From assembly GCA_963706325.1 (NCBI GenBank), contig CAVPLT010000001.1:1088001-1152000 (forward strand): DNA of 64,000 nt, read 5' to 3'. A model generated the notes under the pieces. The model made no database searches and was not told the DNA's origin. It saw only the letters and a list, made by a program, of their open reading frames with translations. This document shows positions 60,415-64,000 of this stretch, piece by piece. Each line of letters begins with the position of its first letter. Positions within the stretch are counted from its first letter, which is position 1. Made by a program: the position numbers and the translations under genes. This DNA is from an uncultured Nitrospiraceae bacterium (GTDB taxonomy: Bacteria; Nitrospirota; Nitrospiria; Nitrospirales; Nitrospiraceae).

Positions 60415-60663
60415 TCAGACTTGTTTCATCCATTCCAGCTGTCCAAGCTCATTAAGTTTGTGATACAGCGTAACCCATGGGCAGGTCATTTCTGGGTAGA
60501 CCTCACAGAAGCCTCCTTTACGGACACCTCCGCAGGGACCATGACTCATGAATTTTGGGCATTCGGCTTTCAGGGAGCCATCGGGGATGGGAGGCCGTTT
60601 GTGCACCCCGCCAACATGCTGCTCGTTTTGTTCTTCTCCCGGCACGAGGACTCGTAAAGACAT
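60415..60663 (-). CDS. Short MTHFR C-terminal / MetV-like Cys-rich protein
   Basis: CPKFMSHGPCGG....CEV....CPW..LY..L..LGQL pattern. Confidence 0.8.
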   Translation of the reverse strand: MSLRVLVPGEEQNEQHVGGVHKRPPIPDGSLKAECPKFMSHGPCGGVRKGGFCEVYPEMTCPWVTLYHKLNELGQLEWMKQV

Positions 60664-60932
60664 AAGCGCAGTTTAAACTGAAAGTCGTTAAGCAACAATA
60701 TTTACCCCTTTCTGGAACGAATTTCAACTGAATTGGGGATGCATCCCTCTGCAAGAGAAGTCTCGCGTTCTCGTTAAACTGGTGCCAAGGGCCTAGCGTG
60801 AGTGCTTACACTAGGCCTTCTTTCGTCCTAAGTGGGCCTTCTGAAAAGTTGCATTGCTCTTCTGGACAATTTAGACTGGCTTTCCTATTGGAATGATAGC
60901 CCTGATTCTCGTTGTAGGGTGATGCCGTACGA

Positions 60933-60962
60933 TTGACAGATTTTTTCGTCCTTTGCTACACT
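60933..60962 (+). promoter_or_regulatory. Sigma70 promoter of the oxidoreductase operon
   Basis: TTGACA-N18-TACACT with a TG extension. Confidence 0.6.
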
Positions 60963-61123
60963 CGCGTCGAGGTCATCATCTAGAAGAGAACTCACATTTT
61001 TTCCCAAGTCAGGATTGCTCAGTACTCAGGCCAGTCAACGTCGATACAATCCGCACATGAGTTTCCTGTTAGCTGCGTCACGGCTGGGAGGGATTCACCG
61101 GCAAATAAAGGGAGGGAGTCATT

Positions 61124-62023
61124 ATGAGCCTTGATTACGTCAAGTTTTCAAGCGGCTTCGAAAAGTTCATGCCGAAAGAATACAGGGACATGGTCGAACA
61201 TGGACCTTTCGGCAAAAAGGTATCGGTATCGCAGATGGGATCGTTCAAAGAAGTGCTTGAAGAGCATCCTATGTGCGCCGGCTGTGCGATGACCCTCTTT
61301 ATCCGGCTCGCCATAATTGCATTTCCCAACCCAGAAGATACCATCACAGTTGGAACCGCCGGCTGTGGGCGTTTGGCGATCTCGCAAGCCGCCATTCCTT
61401 TCGTATATGGTAACTACGGCGACCAAAACGGCGTTGCGAGTGGACTGTCTCGTGGCTTACGCCTGCGCTTTGGCGATAAGCCAAAAGATGTAGTAGTGAT
61501 GGCCGGAGACGGTGGTACTGCGGATATCGGATTTCAACAGGTGCTGCACTCATGGTTCCGCAAGGAGCGGTTCACAACGATCATGTTGGACAATGAAGTG
61601 TACGGGAATACAGGTGGACAAGAAAGCGGGATGACGAATCGCGGCGCTGTGCTCAAGATGGCCCCGCTCGGCAAGAAGTTTGAGAAAATGGACATGCTCC
61701 AAATGGCGAAGGTCGCTGGCTGTGCCTATGTGGCGACCGTGGTGCCGAATAATCCCCGTCGGGTTGAGAGCGTCATTAAGAAGGCCGTATTGATTGCAAG
61801 AGAGGTCGGGTCAACATACATCCAGGCTTACACGTCGTGCAATATTGAGTATGCCATTCCGACAGACAAGGTTATGGAAGACGCCAAGAACGTTGAGAAC
61901 GATCGCTATCAGTTCTCTGAATACATTACTGACGAAGCGAAGCAATTTCTCACTGAGCGCTATGGCTATAAGGAATTTCTCCCGAAGCCGGCCGCTCCCG
62001 CTCCTGGTCTTCCAAAGGCCTGA
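61124..62023 (+). CDS. forB: 2-oxoacid:ferredoxin oxidoreductase beta subunit (TPP-binding), probably 2-oxoglutarate-specific
   Basis: CAGC, AGDGG..DIG and DNEVYGNTGGQ motifs; OGOR versus POR assignment inferred from gene order only. Confidence 0.8.
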   Translation: MSLDYVKFSSGFEKFMPKEYRDMVEHGPFGKKVSVSQMGSFKEVLEEHPMCAGCAMTLFIRLAIIAFPNPEDTITVGTAGCGRLAISQAAIPFVYGNYGDQNGVASGLSRGLRLRFGDKPKDVVVMAGDGGTADIGFQQVLHSWFRKERFTTIMLDNEVYGNTGGQESGMTNRGAVLKMAPLGKKFEKMDMLQMAKVAGCAYVATVVPNNPRRVESVIKKAVLIAREVGSTYIQAYTSCNIEYAIPTDKVMEDAKNVENDRYQFSEYITDEAKQFLTERYGYKEFLPKPAAPAPGLPKA

Positions 62024-62046
62024 GTCACGTTTAAGGAGGATTGAGT

Positions 62047-62760
62047 ATGGCGAAACGGTTCAACATTCGAATGGCGGGCGTGGGTGGCCAAGGGGTTGTG
62101 ACAGGCTCACACATTCTGAGCACTGCGGTTATCAATGCTGGGGGCGAAAGTACGATCGTTCCGTTCTATGGATCCGAGAAGCGCATGGCTCCCGTGGAAA
62201 GCTATGTTCGGGTGTCAGACGAGCCTATTTATGAAATCGGAGAAATCACCTTCCCTCACATCATTATCATTTTCCATCCACAGGTCATTACTCATGGCAA
62301 ATCGTACACGATGCCGTTTTACTTCGGGCTGAAGGAAGACGGAATCGCGTTGATCAATAATGATGGTCCTATGAAGCTCCATCGGGATCAGGCTCGTGAG
62401 TTAGAAGAGCGCCGTGCAAGACTCTACTATTTCCCTGCTACCAAGCTCTCCCTCGAAGTGGCTGGCATGGACCTGTGCACAAATATGGCATTGATGGGGT
62501 GTATCGGTGCCATCACGGGGCTGACCACGGTGGAAGCGTTGGAGCAGTCGGTGAAAGACCGGTTCCTTGGTAAAGGATTTGTAGTCTCCGGTGGGACCGC
62601 GGCTCTGGACAGTGTTGTCGAGCGGAAATTCAAAAAGAAGCAAGAATTGATCGATAAAAATGTGGCGGTGATTCAGGCTGGCTGGAACTATGCAGTCGAT
62701 AACGGTTGGGCTGCGCCGACGGTCAAGCGATCTGAAATCCGTGCGACCGTAAGCGCCTAA
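62047..62760 (+). CDS. forC: 2-oxoacid:ferredoxin oxidoreductase gamma subunit
   Basis: GVGGQGVVT and YGSEKR.AP motifs. Confidence 0.8.
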   Translation: MAKRFNIRMAGVGGQGVVTGSHILSTAVINAGGESTIVPFYGSEKRMAPVESYVRVSDEPIYEIGEITFPHIIIIFHPQVITHGKSYTMPFYFGLKEDGIALINNDGPMKLHRDQARELEERRARLYYFPATKLSLEVAGMDLCTNMALMGCIGAITGLTTVEALEQSVKDRFLGKGFVVSGGTAALDSVVERKFKKKQELIDKNVAVIQAGWNYAVDNGWAAPTVKRSEIRATVSA

Positions 62761-62773
62761 CTAAGGAGCTCCA

Positions 62774-63097
62774 ATGTATTTAGTAGCCCATATTGATGTT
62801 GAAATTTGTGCCTCAAAGAGCTGCAAGCTCTGTACGCAATATTGTCCTGAGGCTAATACCATTCAGTATAGCGAGGAGATGGGGAAAGAGAAGGGCTTTA
62901 AGTACGGTTCCGCCTACGTCGCCGTGGATCGTTGCAAAGGTTGCGCACAATGTGTCTGGGTCTGCGACAATATGGCAAAAAATAATGCCATTAAGATGAT
63001 CATGATCGATCAACTACCCATGGCGGCATTGACTGATAACATCACTTATGGCGATAAGAGTACGATAGCGGTCTTGGCAAGCCCAGTGGTCGGGTGA
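62774..63097 (+). CDS. forE: Ferredoxin-like epsilon subunit (2x[4Fe-4S])
   Basis: CASKSCKLCTQYCP and CKGCAQCVWVC motifs. Confidence 0.75.
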   Translation: MYLVAHIDVEICASKSCKLCTQYCPEANTIQYSEEMGKEKGFKYGSAYVAVDRCKGCAQCVWVCDNMAKNNAIKMIMIDQLPMAALTDNITYGDKSTIAVLASPVVG

Positions 63098-63112
63098 GCG
63101 TAAGAAAGGGGA

Positions 63113-63883
63113 GTGGGCGTGGGAATGACGCAAGATACGAGAGAGAGAATTATCGTGCCGGGACCGGCAGGGTTTCATCCACCATCAGCTGCTCAGTTGG
63201 GGGTGGCGCTGCCAGATCCAGGAGAAGGGCTTTATTATGGATTACTTGAGCCCAAAGAAGACATAGTGATTGAAGAGATGGCTCGGAAGATGTTGACAAG
63301 CCCGAACGCCACGATTTTTCCTGGGCCTCTCGTCCTGTGGGCCTGGAATGACCATGCCATCGAAAAGGCTAAGGCAGTTCTGGAAATCGCTGCGCAGATT
63401 CCCGAAGTGATGATTATTCCCATGCCAGACTATCGCCCGAAATACCCCAAGATCGATCCAGAGGAGGTCATCAATCCGAACCATCCCAATCTTACGATTT
63501 GGGGGAATAAGATTGAAGCCTGCATTTTCATCGGCGTTCATTGTCACTACGCCAATCTCACTCTGAAAATGATTCGTGCTGGGACGAACTGCTGCACTAT
63601 GGCTATTTGCGCCGAGCAGGGCCATGAAGATGCCATGCTGACCATTCGCGATTCAGACACTCTAAAGTTGAAAAAGACCGCGCAAATCTTCAAGAAAGTT
63701 CGTGAAGAGATGGGCATTAAGCTGCCGGATAGCGGCGAAAATGTCCGATTCACTGGGACCCAGGCCAAAGTCCATAATGGCAAGACGCATACTAACCCTA
63801 TGACCTTTATGCCCTCGGCTGCTGGCGTTGGCAGCGCAGCCACATTTGGCCACTCAGCTGATCAGATGAAGCGAGAAGGCTAG
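63113..63883 (+). CDS. forD: Delta subunit of the five-subunit 2-oxoacid:ferredoxin oxidoreductase
   Basis: Operon context plus FPGP, MPDYRP and GVHCH motifs; the start may be 63125. Confidence 0.75.
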   Translation: MGVGMTQDTRERIIVPGPAGFHPPSAAQLGVALPDPGEGLYYGLLEPKEDIVIEEMARKMLTSPNATIFPGPLVLWAWNDHAIEKAKAVLEIAAQIPEVMIIPMPDYRPKYPKIDPEEVINPNHPNLTIWGNKIEACIFIGVHCHYANLTLKMIRAGTNCCTMAICAEQGHEDAMLTIRDSDTLKLKKTAQIFKKVREEMGIKLPDSGENVRFTGTQAKVHNGKTHTNPMTFMPSAAGVGSAATFGHSADQMKREG

Positions 63884-63920
63884 AGCTTAGGTTAAGGCGA
63901 TACAGTCAAGAGGTGCAACG

Positions 63921-64000
63921 ATGAGCGAAGCATTAGAGCCCCAACAAAAGACGAATCCCCAAGGCGATCCTATTACGAGCGTGTCTGCCCCTAAGGCTGA
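63921..64000 (+). CDS. Probable alpha subunit, 5' end only (runs off the window)
   Basis: ATG with a GAGGTG SD and a frame open to the window end; identity inferred from the missing subunit of the operon. Confidence 0.5.
   Translation, partial: MSEALEPQQKTNPQGDPITSVSAPKA

Noticed and set aside
1..64000. CRISPR array, prophage, integrase or transposase, rRNA or tRNA
   Set aside because: No regularly spaced direct repeats and no diagnostic protein or RNA motifs were found.

Overview
A 64 kb stretch of mostly core chromosome from a GC-rich diderm bacterium, most likely Nitrospira or a relative. This is inferred from the five-subunit 2-oxoacid:ferredoxin oxidoreductase cluster and the overall gene order. 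In order, it carries: a BNR-repeat lipoprotein and a hypothetical exported protein; a full dcw cluster (rsmH-ftsL-ftsI-murE-murF-mraY-murD-ftsW-murG-murC-murB-ddl-ftsQ-ftsA-ftsZ) extended by pgeF-yggS-proC-yggT-divIVA and a serine hydrolase; a CDP-alcohol phosphatidyltransferase; pilC-pilS-pilR; ispE-prs-rplY-pth; rpsF-ssb-rpsR; yceD-rpmF-plsX-fabH-fabD-fabG-acpP-fabF-rnc and a cyclophilin; a minus-strand accessory cassette (FIST/NosP-like sensor, PAS/GAF hybrid kinase, REC-kinase, polysaccharide deacetylase, secreted protein); folD-metF-panB; DUF309-apaH; queF with a mini MetV-like gene; and the start of a for-type oxidoreductase operon. The most notable observations are: (1) the FIST/heme-PAS gas-sensing phosphorelay next to a putative sigma54-driven EPS deacetylase; (2) a dcw promoter that keeps MraZ-type boxes and a DnaA-box cluster but has no mraZ gene; (3) several copies of a ~120 bp palindromic MITE-like repeat; (4) a four-stem structured RNA candidate between apaH and queF; (5) a truncated stand-alone MetV-like protein. 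No tRNA, rRNA, CRISPR array or transposase was seen. All calls come from reading motifs by eye; no database searches were run.
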